DNA of 64,000 nucleotides. Source: Acidobacteriota bacterium (GTDB taxonomy: Bacteria > Acidobacteriota > UBA6911 > RPQK01 > JADFOI01). The stretch spans positions 480,001 through 544,000 of the forward strand of contig OY760074.1 in assembly GCA_963663035.1 (NCBI GenBank), written 5' to 3'. The notes under the pieces are model-generated. The model worked only from the letters and a program-made list of their open reading frames with translations. It did no database searches and was not told where the DNA came from. The first letter of the stretch is position 1. Each line of letters starts with the position of its first letter. Positions 10,101 through 19,052 of this stretch are shown here, one piece after another. Made by a program: the position numbers and the translations under genes.

Positions 10101-11116
10101 CGAACACTGCCGTCATAGAGCTGTGCCTCCAGGCTCTCCACAGTCATCGCTTGAGAATCGATGAGAACCCTGGCCGCAACTCGGCGGAGAGGAAGCGTTT
10201 CAAGTTGAATCGCATCAGAGTACGCTTCCCCCTGGAATAAGAAGTCCCCTGCTGTATTCGACAGGGTCCCGCTCAGAGAAAAGCGACCCTTCTGGACATG
10301 AGAGCTGAGAGGAGACCTTTCTAATCGGGCAAGATCGAGAGACAGATTGGTCTGGAAGCGGTATGCCCCAGCTCTGATATCGCTGATATTGCCCTCAGCA
10401 CGAGCTTCAATCTCGTGAGAATCAAGCCTTAGGGAAAGAACTCGAAGTTGGTTCCCCAGGGCTTCAAAGTCCAGGGACAAGCTTAAATCTGTGACACTGA
10501 ATCCGTTGAACCTCATACTAAAGTGTTCAAAGCTGCTGTGACCGATATACTTGCTTTCTTCGGGAATAAACTGCAGTGTGGTGGCCAGTCCCCCTTCGGC
10601 TGAATCCAGAACGAAAGCTTGGTCCTTGTAGAAAATCATCCCCTGGTTGAGTACCAGCTGCTGGATCCCCAAGGCTGGGAGGGAGAACTCGCCCTCCTGC
10701 TCCGGCAGGTCCTGGGACCAGAAAATATTTGAAAAATTGAATTTCTGGTTCGGATCCTCGGCAAGGTGGATATGAGGGTAGTCAAGGGTGAGGTTGTCCA
10801 GGGAGATGGAAGGAGCCAAGAAGTGAGTCATCGAGAAGTCCAGCAGGATGTGGTCAATGTCGATGGCGGGTTCGCGACCCGGGTATGCCCGGCTAAACAG
10901 TTGGAGATTATAGATATCGACCTGGGCCCCGAACAACTGAACGTCAAGGTAGCCAAGTTCAAGACGTGCATTGAATCGCTCTTCAAGAGTCTCGATTATC
11001 TGGTTTCTCAGCCACTGTTTGAAACCATCGCTGCGGACATACCGGCCTACAGCGGTTGGTACCGCCAGCACCAGGAAGAGAGAAAAGAGCGCGCCTATCT
11101 TGACAATTCGCCGCAT
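7176..11116 (-). CDS. tamB: TamB / AsmA-like translocation and assembly module protein (1-nt frameshift near 7228 close to the C-terminus)
   Basis: N-terminal anchor, long beta-rich body, DUF490-like C-terminus. An alternate frame gives (R)DQDGSVAIDFKLKQRF* ending at 7176. Confidence 0.8.
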
Positions 11117-11221
11117 GAGACTCCCAAGAATTCTCCCAGAATTTGGGGACTTTCCCCGAATTCCGTTAAAGATTAAATTTTAACAAAAAAGGTGTAACCA
11201 GAGGCGTTTGCAGGGTGTAAG

Positions 11222-11489
11222 CCCGCACTTCTCACACCCGTTCTACTGCATCGGCGCAATGATCCGGCCTGTACCCTGCGTTGCACGACCCGCACGGGAG
11301 CGCGGGTACCCCTCGGCCTCCTCAACGTACTCAAGAGTACGTTTGCGGGGGCCGACCCGCACGTGGGTACCCCTCGCGCGCCAGTCGGAGCCGCAGGCTA
11401 AAGCCTGCGGGCGCCCGTGGGCTAAAGCCCACGGCTCTGTTTTCCGGCCCTTCCGCCGCTTCGCTACGAACTGGTGTGAGAAATGCGGG
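11222..11489 (+). mobile_element. MITE family B-related element with different TIRs
   Basis: TIRs cccgcacttctcacacc / ggtgtgagaaatgcggg followed by ctag. Shares internal modules with family B (aacgtactcaagagtacgtt, gcaggctaaagcctgc, gtgggctaaagcccac). Confidence 0.85.
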
Positions 11490-11496
11490 CTAGACG

Positions 11497-12822
11497 TTAA
11501 TCCAGGATGGGTAGGTTCTTAGCCAGATCGTTGAAAATCACAATCCCCATGAGCAGGATGAGGAAGACAAAACCGACTTGAAAGATGCGTTCCTTCACAC
11601 GCATGCTGAGGTCTCGCCGAATGAGCGCTTCAAGGGCAAGCAGTGCGATCACTCCACCGTCCAATATGGGGATGGGCATCAGATTGAAGATTCCCAGTTG
11701 CAGTGAGATCAAGGCCATAAAGCTGATGAGTTGAACCAGACCCATTGCCACAGCCATCCCCGAATAGCGGGCAATCTCGATTGGCCCGGACATGGCTCGC
11801 AAGGAGGTCCTTCCTGTGAAAATCCTTCCCACCACCTCGAAGGTCAGCATGGTCAACCGGTAGTTTCGCTCGAGCGATTTTTGTGTCGCCTCAACCAGTC
11901 CATACTGCTCCAGCTGCATCACCTGCACTGCGGTGCCAATGCGCCAGCGGTCCTCCATTTGAACGGCGGTAATGGATTTCTCAAAAGTCTGGTTGTCTCT
12001 GACAACCTCCAGCCGCAAAGGTAGTCCCTGGGAGGAGTTAATCAGCTGAGCGCTTTCCTCAAATCCCGATGTGGTTTGGTTCCCCATCGTGACTGTGACG
12101 ATCTCATCTCCAGACTGCAGTCCGGCCGCAGCAGCAGGGGAGCCTGCTTCAACCTCGTCGATGATGTAGGGAAGATACGGGGCAGCTCCAATCGTCCCAG
12201 CTTCGAACCCTTCCATAACTGAAGTGGTAATTTCCTGCTCAAAAACCTTCTCCTGACGTTCAATGGACAGCACGATCCTCTGATTGGGGCTGATGCTGAT
12301 ACGAAGCTGTGCTTCCTGCCAAGTGGGGACGGATCTTCCATCTATGGCCACGATGGTGTCGGCGATCTGCAGGCCGGCCTGATCTGCCGGTGAACCCGCT
12401 TCGATACTGCCAATCATCGCCGGCTGCTGCAGGTACGTCGCGACTGGGACCCCCAGCATATAGGTGGTCGTCAGCAGTATGAGAGCCAGAGCAAGGTTCA
12501 TGGCCGGACCCGCTACAGCAACCAGGAAACGATGTCCTTTGGGATGCGACTGAAACTCCCCGGCGTCGCCGGTGAGTTCCTCATCGTAGTTCTCTCCAGC
12601 CATCTTCACATAGCCTCCCAAGGGTAGGAGGCTAATCCGATAATCAGTATCTCCTCTGTGAAAACCGATCAGTCGACGGCCAAAACCAAGCGAAAACACT
12701 TCCACCCGAATTCCCAGTAGTTTTGCGGCTAGGTAGTGTCCAAGCTCATGAACGAAGATCATCACCCCAAGCACGAAGAGAAAGGAAAGGATGATCTGAG
12801 CGAAGGAAGTTAAGGGGGCCAA
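11497..12822 (-). CDS. rseP: RIP metalloprotease RseP
   Basis: HELGH, two PDZ domains, NLMPIPILDGG. Confidence 0.96.
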   Translation of the reverse strand: MAPLTSFAQIILSFLFVLGVMIFVHELGHYLAAKLLGIRVEVFSLGFGRRLIGFHRGDTDYRISLLPLGGYVKMAGENYDEELTGDAGEFQSHPKGHRFLVAVAGPAMNLALALILLTTTYMLGVPVATYLQQPAMIGSIEAGSPADQAGLQIADTIVAIDGRSVPTWQEAQLRISISPNQRIVLSIERQEKVFEQEITTSVMEGFEAGTIGAAPYLPYIIDEVEAGSPAAAAGLQSGDEIVTVTMGNQTTSGFEESAQLINSSQGLPLRLEVVRDNQTFEKSITAVQMEDRWRIGTAVQVMQLEQYGLVEATQKSLERNYRLTMLTFEVVGRIFTGRTSLRAMSGPIEIARYSGMAVAMGLVQLISFMALISLQLGIFNLMPIPILDGGVIALLALEALIRRDLSMRVKERIFQVGFVFLILLMGIVIFNDLAKNLPILD

Positions 12823-12884
12823 GACAGTGTAATCTCCTAGTAGCTGCTTACGTCAACCATTGTCCGTTGGATCCAAGAGATTTG

Positions 12885-14039
12885 TCAAATGAGGCCGTTT
12901 TGAATTGCCTCCTGAGCCAGGTGACGAGCGTGACGGTCCGCCTCCAACACCGTCTCTAAGTCTTTGACGGGAGAAGGAATGTGTTGGTTTAGCACCTCCT
13001 CGATCACTTCGGCAATAGACGTAAAGGGAAGAGCCCGATCCAGGAAGTAGCGAACAGCAACTTCATTGGCGGCATTGAGAGCAGTTGGGTAGGTATCTCC
13101 ACTATCGAGAGCCTGATAGGCCAGGCGAATGCAGGGAAATTTATCGGTCTCCGGAGCCCGGAGTTCAAGCGCTGAAAGGGAAAGCAGGTCCAGTCGAGGT
13201 AAATGCGAGTCCCAACGTTCTGGGTAGGCCAGTGCATAAAGAATAGCAGCACGCATGTCTGTAATGCTCATTTGTGCCAGGATCGTGCCATCGATGAATT
13301 CAACCATCGAGTGGATGATTGATTGAGGATGGATCACGATGGAGATTTGAGCAGGTTTCATGGCAAAGAGATGATGGGCTTCAATCACTTCTAGACCCTT
13401 GTTCATCAGTGTGGCTGAGTCGACGGTAATCTTGGGTCCCATGTTCCAGGTGGGGTGATTCAAAGCCTCATCAACAGTGACACGTTTCAGCTGCTGTCTG
13501 GACTTGTGAAGAAAAGGTCCACCAGAGGCCGTCAAAACCAGTCGATGCACTTCCTGTTTCTCTGAGCCTCTCAAGCACTGATGGAGAGCACAGTGTTCGC
13601 TGTCCACCGGAAGCAGGTTGACCTGTGTACTTTGGACGATGGGCATGATCAACTCTCCTGCCATCACCAGGATTTCCTTGTTTGCCAAGGCCACGTCTTT
13701 CTTTTCCAGCAGCGCTCTGTAAGTCGGTATCAGGCCCGCCGCTCCCGAAATACCTGCCAGCACGACATCCACATTGGGATGGATAGCGGCTTCTATGACG
13801 CCCTCAACACCGGACAGGACCCGCATGTCGGGAAGACGCTGCTGGAGTTCCTGTGCTGCTTCTGGATCAGAAAGAGCGATCAGTTCGGGGTGGTACTTCA
13901 GGCTTTGCTGATGAAGCAGCTCTACACTGGTTTGTGCGGCCAGGGTTACGACCTGAAAGCGTTCCGGGTAGAGATCTACCAGGTCCAGAGCGCTCTTTCC
14001 GATGGACCCAGTCGATCCCAAGATAGCCAGTTTTCTCAT
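12885..14039 (-). CDS. dxr: 1-deoxy-D-xylulose-5-phosphate reductoisomerase
   Basis: ILGSTGSIG, LANKE, PVDSEH, LTASGGPF, HPTWNMG. Confidence 0.97.
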   Translation of the reverse strand: MRKLAILGSTGSIGKSALDLVDLYPERFQVVTLAAQTSVELLHQQSLKYHPELIALSDPEAAQELQQRLPDMRVLSGVEGVIEAAIHPNVDVVLAGISGAAGLIPTYRALLEKKDVALANKEILVMAGELIMPIVQSTQVNLLPVDSEHCALHQCLRGSEKQEVHRLVLTASGGPFLHKSRQQLKRVTVDEALNHPTWNMGPKITVDSATLMNKGLEVIEAHHLFAMKPAQISIVIHPQSIIHSMVEFIDGTILAQMSITDMRAAILYALAYPERWDSHLPRLDLLSLSALELRAPETDKFPCIRLAYQALDSGDTYPTALNAANEVAVRYFLDRALPFTSIAEVIEEVLNQHIPSPVKDLETVLEADRHARHLAQEAIQNGLI

Positions 14040-14052
14040 CTCGATGGATCGC

Positions 14053-14841
14053 TCATTTTATCAGAACCAGAAGGGCATAATAGGCGGGAAGGGCAAACAG
14101 TAGACTATCGATACGGTCCAAGATCCCTCCGTGCCCCGGAAGCAAGGTGGAGCTGTCCTTGATGCCTGCCCCGCGTTTGAGCATTGACTCAAACAGGTCC
14201 CCCACTGCACCCACCAATCCTATGAATGCGCCGATCAAGACTAAATCAGCGGTTGACCAGGTAGTCAGGAAGTAGCCTCCGAAAGCCGTGGCGGCCAACA
14301 GTGAGCAGAGGAGTCCGGCAACGTATCCTTCCCAGGATTTGTGGGGACTGACTCGGGATATCACCTTATGCTTTCCCCACTTGTGACCGACCCAAAATCC
14401 AGCGATGTCACCCGCCCAAATGACAGAAAGGATCAGCAAGAGCTCTGGTACCTGATCCTGATCACTTTGAAAGCTTCCCGCAATGGATAGAGGGATGCCG
14501 ATGTACAGGATGGCCATCAGGTTGCCTGACACGGAGAAGAATCCTAGTTTCATCTTTTGAGTCTGAAAGACACCGTGGCCCATACAGATCAAACTGCTGA
14601 TGACAAGATAGGTTAGCACCCAGTCCGGAGAGAATGTCCATACCCAAGGCAGGAGTAGAGCCAAGGGAAGGGTGAACCAATAGGCTTCGACTTCATAGCG
14701 GGCCAGAATCCGAAGGAATTCGAAAACACTGAGACCCAGGAGAAGGTCAACCAGCAGAAGAAACAGGTAGGCTGGAAGGTAAAGAATGGCCGAAAGAACC
14801 AAGGGCAGGAGAATCACTGCCGTGGCGACGCGCTGCATCAT
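14053..14841 (-). CDS. cdsA: phosphatidate cytidylyltransferase
   Basis: SPHKSWEG; GDLFESMLKRGAGIKDS...PGHGGILDRIDS. Confidence 0.96.
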   Translation of the reverse strand: MMQRVATAVILLPLVLSAILYLPAYLFLLLVDLLLGLSVFEFLRILARYEVEAYWFTLPLALLLPWVWTFSPDWVLTYLVISSLICMGHGVFQTQKMKLGFFSVSGNLMAILYIGIPLSIAGSFQSDQDQVPELLLILSVIWAGDIAGFWVGHKWGKHKVISRVSPHKSWEGYVAGLLCSLLAATAFGGYFLTTWSTADLVLIGAFIGLVGAVGDLFESMLKRGAGIKDSSTLLPGHGGILDRIDSLLFALPAYYALLVLIK

Positions 14842-15629
14842 TTGACACTGTGTAACGAAGCGTAGCGAAGTCCTCCGTAGCGCCGCTCACGTTTCTGAAA
14901 TTCGAGAACCGCTTCCAGCAGGTGAAGTCCACGAAAATCCGGCCAGAGCACCTCGGTGACATAGATTTCTGCATAGGCGATCTGCCACAGAAGAAAGTTG
15001 CTCACACGCATTTCTCCACTGGTGCGGATCATGAGATCTGGCTCCGGAAGTCCCACTGTATAGAGGCTGTTTTCAATATCGTCTTCGCTGAGCGGATAGG
15101 CTGCTCCGCTCTTCAGGAGATGGTTGAAGGCATCCACCAGTTCGAGTCGACCACTGTAATTGAGGGCGACCACCATTTTGGTTCCCTTGTTGCTTCGGGT
15201 TTCCTCTTCTGCGAGCCGCAACTCTTTTTGAACTTCGGCGGGCAGTTCATCGATGCGTCCGATTGGCAGGAATCGAATGTCGTTTTGATGAATGGTTCGG
15301 AGTTCTCTCCGAATGTACTCCTTGAGAAGATTCATGAGCATGCTGACTTCGGTTTGAGGCCGCTTCCAATTCTCAGCTGAGAACGCGTACAGTGTGAGCA
15401 CCGGAACCGACAGCCGCGCTGCAGTTTCTACTACCGCCCTTACGGCATTGATTCCCGCTCGGTGCCCTGCTGCCCGTGGCAACTTGCGTTCCTTGGCCCA
15501 ACGACCATTTCCATCCATTATTACGGCAATATGGCGGGGGAGCTTGTAGGGATCAATTCGCTCAAGGAGTTCCGCTTCGGGGCTAGAAGGGTCAAAAACA
15601 TTCTCGAACTTTTTGACCAAACCATTCAT
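14838..15629 (-). CDS. uppS: undecaprenyl diphosphate synthase (isoprenyl transferase)
   Basis: HIAVIMDGNGRWA, YAFSAENWKRP, IRTSGEMRVSNFLLWQ. Confidence 0.97.
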   Translation of the reverse strand: MNGLVKKFENVFDPSSPEAELLERIDPYKLPRHIAVIMDGNGRWAKERKLPRAAGHRAGINAVRAVVETAARLSVPVLTLYAFSAENWKRPQTEVSMLMNLLKEYIRRELRTIHQNDIRFLPIGRIDELPAEVQKELRLAEEETRSNKGTKMVVALNYSGRLELVDAFNHLLKSGAAYPLSEDDIENSLYTVGLPEPDLMIRTSGEMRVSNFLLWQIAYAEIYVTEVLWPDFRGLHLLEAVLEFQKRERRYGGLRYASLHSVK

Positions 15630-15664
15630 AAAGTCACCTCGTACTCTACCACACTTGGTGCTCC

Positions 15665-16408
15665 TTAGTACCAGACTTTCATTAGATAAAGACCTTGGGC
15701 GGGTGCTGTAGGTCCGGCCATACGGCGGTCTTTGGAAGCCAGGATTTCAAGGATGTCAGTGGGGGGCCTTTTCCCCACCGCGATTTCCAGAAGAGTACCG
15801 GCGATGTTACGGACCATGTGATGTAAGAAGCCGTCGCCCTCGACCTGATAAGTGATGTGGCATCCCCGTTCTTGCATTCGAGAGAGAAACACAGTTCGAG
15901 TCGGGTCTTTCACTCTTGTGGATGCTGCTGCGAAGCCGCTGAAGTCGTGGGACTGGCACAGTGATTGTGCTGCTTCTTGCATGGCTTGAACATTTAAAGA
16001 GTGTTTCATGTGGTGGACGTAACCATACAAAAAGGGAGGCAGAGCAGGGCCATTGTAGATTCGGTATTCGTAGAGCTTTTTCAAGGCGTCTTTCTGAGCA
16101 TGAAATCCTGGCTGAGCAGGGTCAAGGTGCATAACCCGAATGTCCCAGGGCAAGACTCCATTGAGCCCTCGGAATAGCTTCTCAAGAGCAGTTTCTTGAG
16201 AAAGAGTGAAGTGGCCCACCTGCTCCATGGCGTGAACACCTGAATCTGTTCTTCCTGCCCCGACGACGGTGATCACTTCGCCTGTCAATTGGTGGAGGGC
16301 GTCTCTTAACTTGCCCTGGACAGTTTGCTGATCCTTCTGGATCTGCCAACCGGCATATCGGGTGCCAACGTATTGAAGAATGACTTTGTATCTAGGCATT
16401 CGTTCCAT
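15665..16408 (-). CDS. truA: tRNA pseudouridine(38-40) synthase
   Basis: GAGRTDSGVHA, FLHHMVRNIAG, TAPAQGL. Confidence 0.96.
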   Translation of the reverse strand: MERMPRYKVILQYVGTRYAGWQIQKDQQTVQGKLRDALHQLTGEVITVVGAGRTDSGVHAMEQVGHFTLSQETALEKLFRGLNGVLPWDIRVMHLDPAQPGFHAQKDALKKLYEYRIYNGPALPPFLYGYVHHMKHSLNVQAMQEAAQSLCQSHDFSGFAAASTRVKDPTRTVFLSRMQERGCHITYQVEGDGFLHHMVRNIAGTLLEIAVGKRPPTDILEILASKDRRMAGPTAPAQGLYLMKVWY

Positions 16409-16443
16409 CCTACGGCTTACATGGTTTTCCGCGGAGTCCTCTA

Positions 16444-16485
16444 CTGTCAGGTGTCAGCTGTCAGGTGTCAGTTGTCAGCGGTCAG
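16444..16485. repeat. heptamer tandem array (NTGTCAG) x6
   Basis: ctgtcag gtgtcag ctgtcag gtgtcag ttgtcag cggtcag. Confidence 0.9.
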
Positions 16486-16560
16486 CCTCTCCAGGTCCAT
16501 GCTACAATACGAGTGATCTTCAAATCATACTATCGATTCTAGTAGGGAGGAATTAAGAGT

Positions 16561-17313
16561 ATGTCGGGGCACTCTAAATGGCATTCCATCAAGCACAAAA
16601 AGGCCAGCGTCGATGCCAAGAGAGGAAAGCTCTTTACCCGGCTTATCAAGGAAATCAGTGTGGCAGCTCGGCTGGGCGGAGGTGATCTGGAGGCCAATCC
16701 TCGACTGCGAGCATCGGTGCAGACCGCTAAGGACGCCAACATGCCCCAGGACAACATTAAGCGTGCCATCATGAAGGGAACGGGGGAACTCCCCGGCCAG
16801 ACCTACGAGTCTATCTCTTATGAAGGTTTCGGCCCGGGAGGAGCGGCGGTTTTAGTTGAGGTCCTGACCGACAACAGGAATCGAACCGTAGCGGAGCTTC
16901 GCAACATCTTTTCCAAGCAGGGGGGGAACCTGGGCGAGACGGGCAGTGTCCAGTGGATGTTCGAGAGGAAAGGGTATATCGCCATAAAAAGGAAAGAGGT
17001 GTCGGAGGACCAATTACTGGAAATTGCACTCGAAGCTGGAGCTGAGGATCTGACAAGCGAAGGGGATATCTCTTCTATTTACACTTCGATAGAGAACTTC
17101 GAGGCTGTCAGGCAAGCCCTGCGAAAGGCTGGAATCTCAATGGAGTCCAGCGAACTGACCATGATCTCACAGAACAACGTACAACTCGTGAATAAGCCAG
17201 CCGAACAAATGATCCGGTTAATGGACGCTCTGGACGATCATGAGGATGTGGGGAACGTGTATGCCAACTTTGATATCGATGAGGCGGAGATGGAGACTCT
17301 CGCTGACCGCTGA
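16561..17313 (+). CDS. yebC: YebC/PmpR family protein
   Basis: MSGHSKWHSIKHKK start, YEGFGPGG, LTDNRNRT. Confidence 0.96.
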   Translation: MSGHSKWHSIKHKKASVDAKRGKLFTRLIKEISVAARLGGGDLEANPRLRASVQTAKDANMPQDNIKRAIMKGTGELPGQTYESISYEGFGPGGAAVLVEVLTDNRNRTVAELRNIFSKQGGNLGETGSVQWMFERKGYIAIKRKEVSEDQLLEIALEAGAEDLTSEGDISSIYTSIENFEAVRQALRKAGISMESSELTMISQNNVQLVNKPAEQMIRLMDALDDHEDVGNVYANFDIDEAEMETLADR

Positions 17314-17349
17314 CCACTGACAACTGACAGCGAGTTCGGTCAGTTGGCA
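17303..17349. repeat. heptamer array (CTGACNN) x4 with short inverted arm
   Basis: ctgaccg ctgacca ctgacaa ctgacag ... cggtcagttggcag; overlaps the yebC stop. Confidence 0.8.
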
Positions 17350-17362
17350 GGAGTATCATGAT

Positions 17363-17863
17363 TTGGTGGTTATTTTAGGCGTTGACCCGGGAAGTCGAAT
17401 GACAGGCTATGGGGTCATCAGCACTGAAGGGACTCGTCTTTGCTGCATTGAGTATGGAGGAGTCTCGGGCCTCACCAAAGGGGGATCGAATCTTCTCCCA
17501 GATCGGCTAACACGAATTTACACAAAGCTGCGCAGTGTACTGGAGCGCCACGAGCCGGAAGTGGTTGCGGTTGAAGACATATTTTTCGCTGTCAACGCCA
17601 AGAGCGCTTTGAAACTGGGGCAAACTCGAGGAGTGATTTTGCTGGCCGCAGGCCAATCCGAAATTCCCCTTTTCGAATATTCACCCTTGGAGGTCAAGAA
17701 GGCGGTCGTGGGTTACGGTAGGGCAGAGAAGGCCCAGATCCAAGTGATGGTTCGGACCTTGTTGAATCTCAAGGAGGAACCTCAGCCTCACGATGCTGCT
17801 GATGCACTGGCCATTGCCTTGTGTCATGCTTTCAGTGCCTCACGACTTCGGCACACCCAATGA
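17363..17863 (+). CDS. ruvC: Holliday junction resolvase RuvC
   Basis: ILGVDPG, AVEDIFF, VVGYGRAEKAQ, DAADALAIA. Confidence 0.96.
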   Translation: MVVILGVDPGSRMTGYGVISTEGTRLCCIEYGGVSGLTKGGSNLLPDRLTRIYTKLRSVLERHEPEVVAVEDIFFAVNAKSALKLGQTRGVILLAAGQSEIPLFEYSPLEVKKAVVGYGRAEKAQIQVMVRTLLNLKEEPQPHDAADALAIALCHAFSASRLRHTQ

Positions 17864-17900
17864 CGCTGGAGTAAGCTTGGGTAATGGTATGGCTGGGTGG

Positions 17901-18295
17901 CGGGTGTTCAGGAAGGCCAAGCTCTTCGTTCTCCCCGCCCTTCGATCTTCGATGTAGCATAGTACTCACTTTGATAAATACGATAGCGTTTGTTGGGAGC
18001 GCGACGGAGCCCAGATCGAGGCGCGACGACGAGTCGATGTCAGGGACATCGGCGAGGAGAAGCAACAAAGAAATGGGCCCGTCCCGCCCCAACCCTTCGG
18101 GCGGATGGGGGTTGCGGGCGATCTCTTTGTCACTCGTCGTCGTCGATGTCCCTGACATCGCCTCCTCCTCCCTTCGCGACCTCGCCTCGCAAGCCCCATC
18201 CGCAAACGTTACCGTCTTTATGAAAGGGAGTACTTAAACTACGCCTGCGGTCGAAGGGCTTGTGCGGCCTCGATCTTGACCTTCCTGAACACCCG
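17901..18295. mobile_element. MITE family A copy 2 (inverted)
   Basis: Reverse complement of 134-528; lies between convergent ruvC and grpE. Confidence 0.9.
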
Positions 18296-18297
18296 CT

Positions 18298-18921
18298 CTA
18301 CGCTTTCTCACCGGCTTGATACTGGCCGATTCGGACTCTTGCAGGACGAAGTACTCGCTCTCCCCAGCGGAAGCCACGTTGTAGGACTTCGGCGACGTGT
18401 TGATCAAGATCCGGATCATCCACTGCCACGACTCCTACCGCTTCCGCCTCATGCGGGTCGAACGGCTGGTGGAGAACATCCATAGATTCGATACCCAGAG
18501 ACTTGAGTTTATTCAGGAAGAGTTCCAGATTAAGTCGAACACCTTCATTTAAAGCTTCGAAACTTGGACTCTCCTGCGCGGCCCCCAGAGCACGCTCGAA
18601 GTTATCGAAAATCTCCAGAAAGTTCCTGAAGAGTTCAAGTTTCTCGCTCTCCAGTCGTCTTTCCAGGTCCTTTGTGAGGCGGAGACGAAAGGCTTCATTC
18701 TCCTCGTCCAGTTTCGCGACTTTCTCCTTGAGCTTTTGCTCAGCCAGCTCCGTCCGCAGTTTGAGCTCTTCCACAAGAGTCGGATATTTCTGGGCCGGAA
18801 TAGAAGCCTCGTCGATGGCAGCCTCATCCTGTACCCAGAATCGCCGATCCGTCACTTGAATGGGTGATTCTTTCTTAGCTTCATCCATTTTGGATTTCTC
18901 GCTCTTCCCCGTCGAAGTCAT
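18298..18921 (-). CDS. grpE: nucleotide exchange factor GrpE
   Basis: DNFERAL, FDPHEAEAV, LQRGF...LRPARV. Confidence 0.92.
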   Translation of the reverse strand: MTSTGKSEKSKMDEAKKESPIQVTDRRFWVQDEAAIDEASIPAQKYPTLVEELKLRTELAEQKLKEKVAKLDEENEAFRLRLTKDLERRLESEKLELFRNFLEIFDNFERALGAAQESPSFEALNEGVRLNLELFLNKLKSLGIESMDVLHQPFDPHEAEAVGVVAVDDPDLDQHVAEVLQRGFRWGERVLRPARVRIGQYQAGEKA

Positions 18922-19005
18922 TTTATCCTCAGTATCATTATCATAAGATTTCGATCCACCCCCGTCAAAGTTCGACAGAATTCGGTGACTGTCCCTGAAT
19001 TACGT

Positions 19006-19036
19006 CTTGTAACAAGGCTTTGCCAATCATATATAA
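19006..19036 (+). promoter_or_regulatory. putative heat-shock promoter CTTG-N20-TATATAA upstream of clpB
   Basis: Same motif and spacing upstream of dnaK (52425-52455). Confidence 0.5.
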
Positions 19037-19052
19037 GGGAAGAAGGAGATTT

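Noticed and set aside
4088-11116. A genuine evolved 2342-aa TamB-BamA fusion protein
   Set aside because: The junction is MITE sequence plus an out-of-frame TamB terminus, and there is an internal signal-like peptide.
11125-11165. GAATTC/GGGGAC-containing short hairpins here and at ~52370-52420
   Set aside because: Similarity is short and degenerate, not enough to define a family from two instances.
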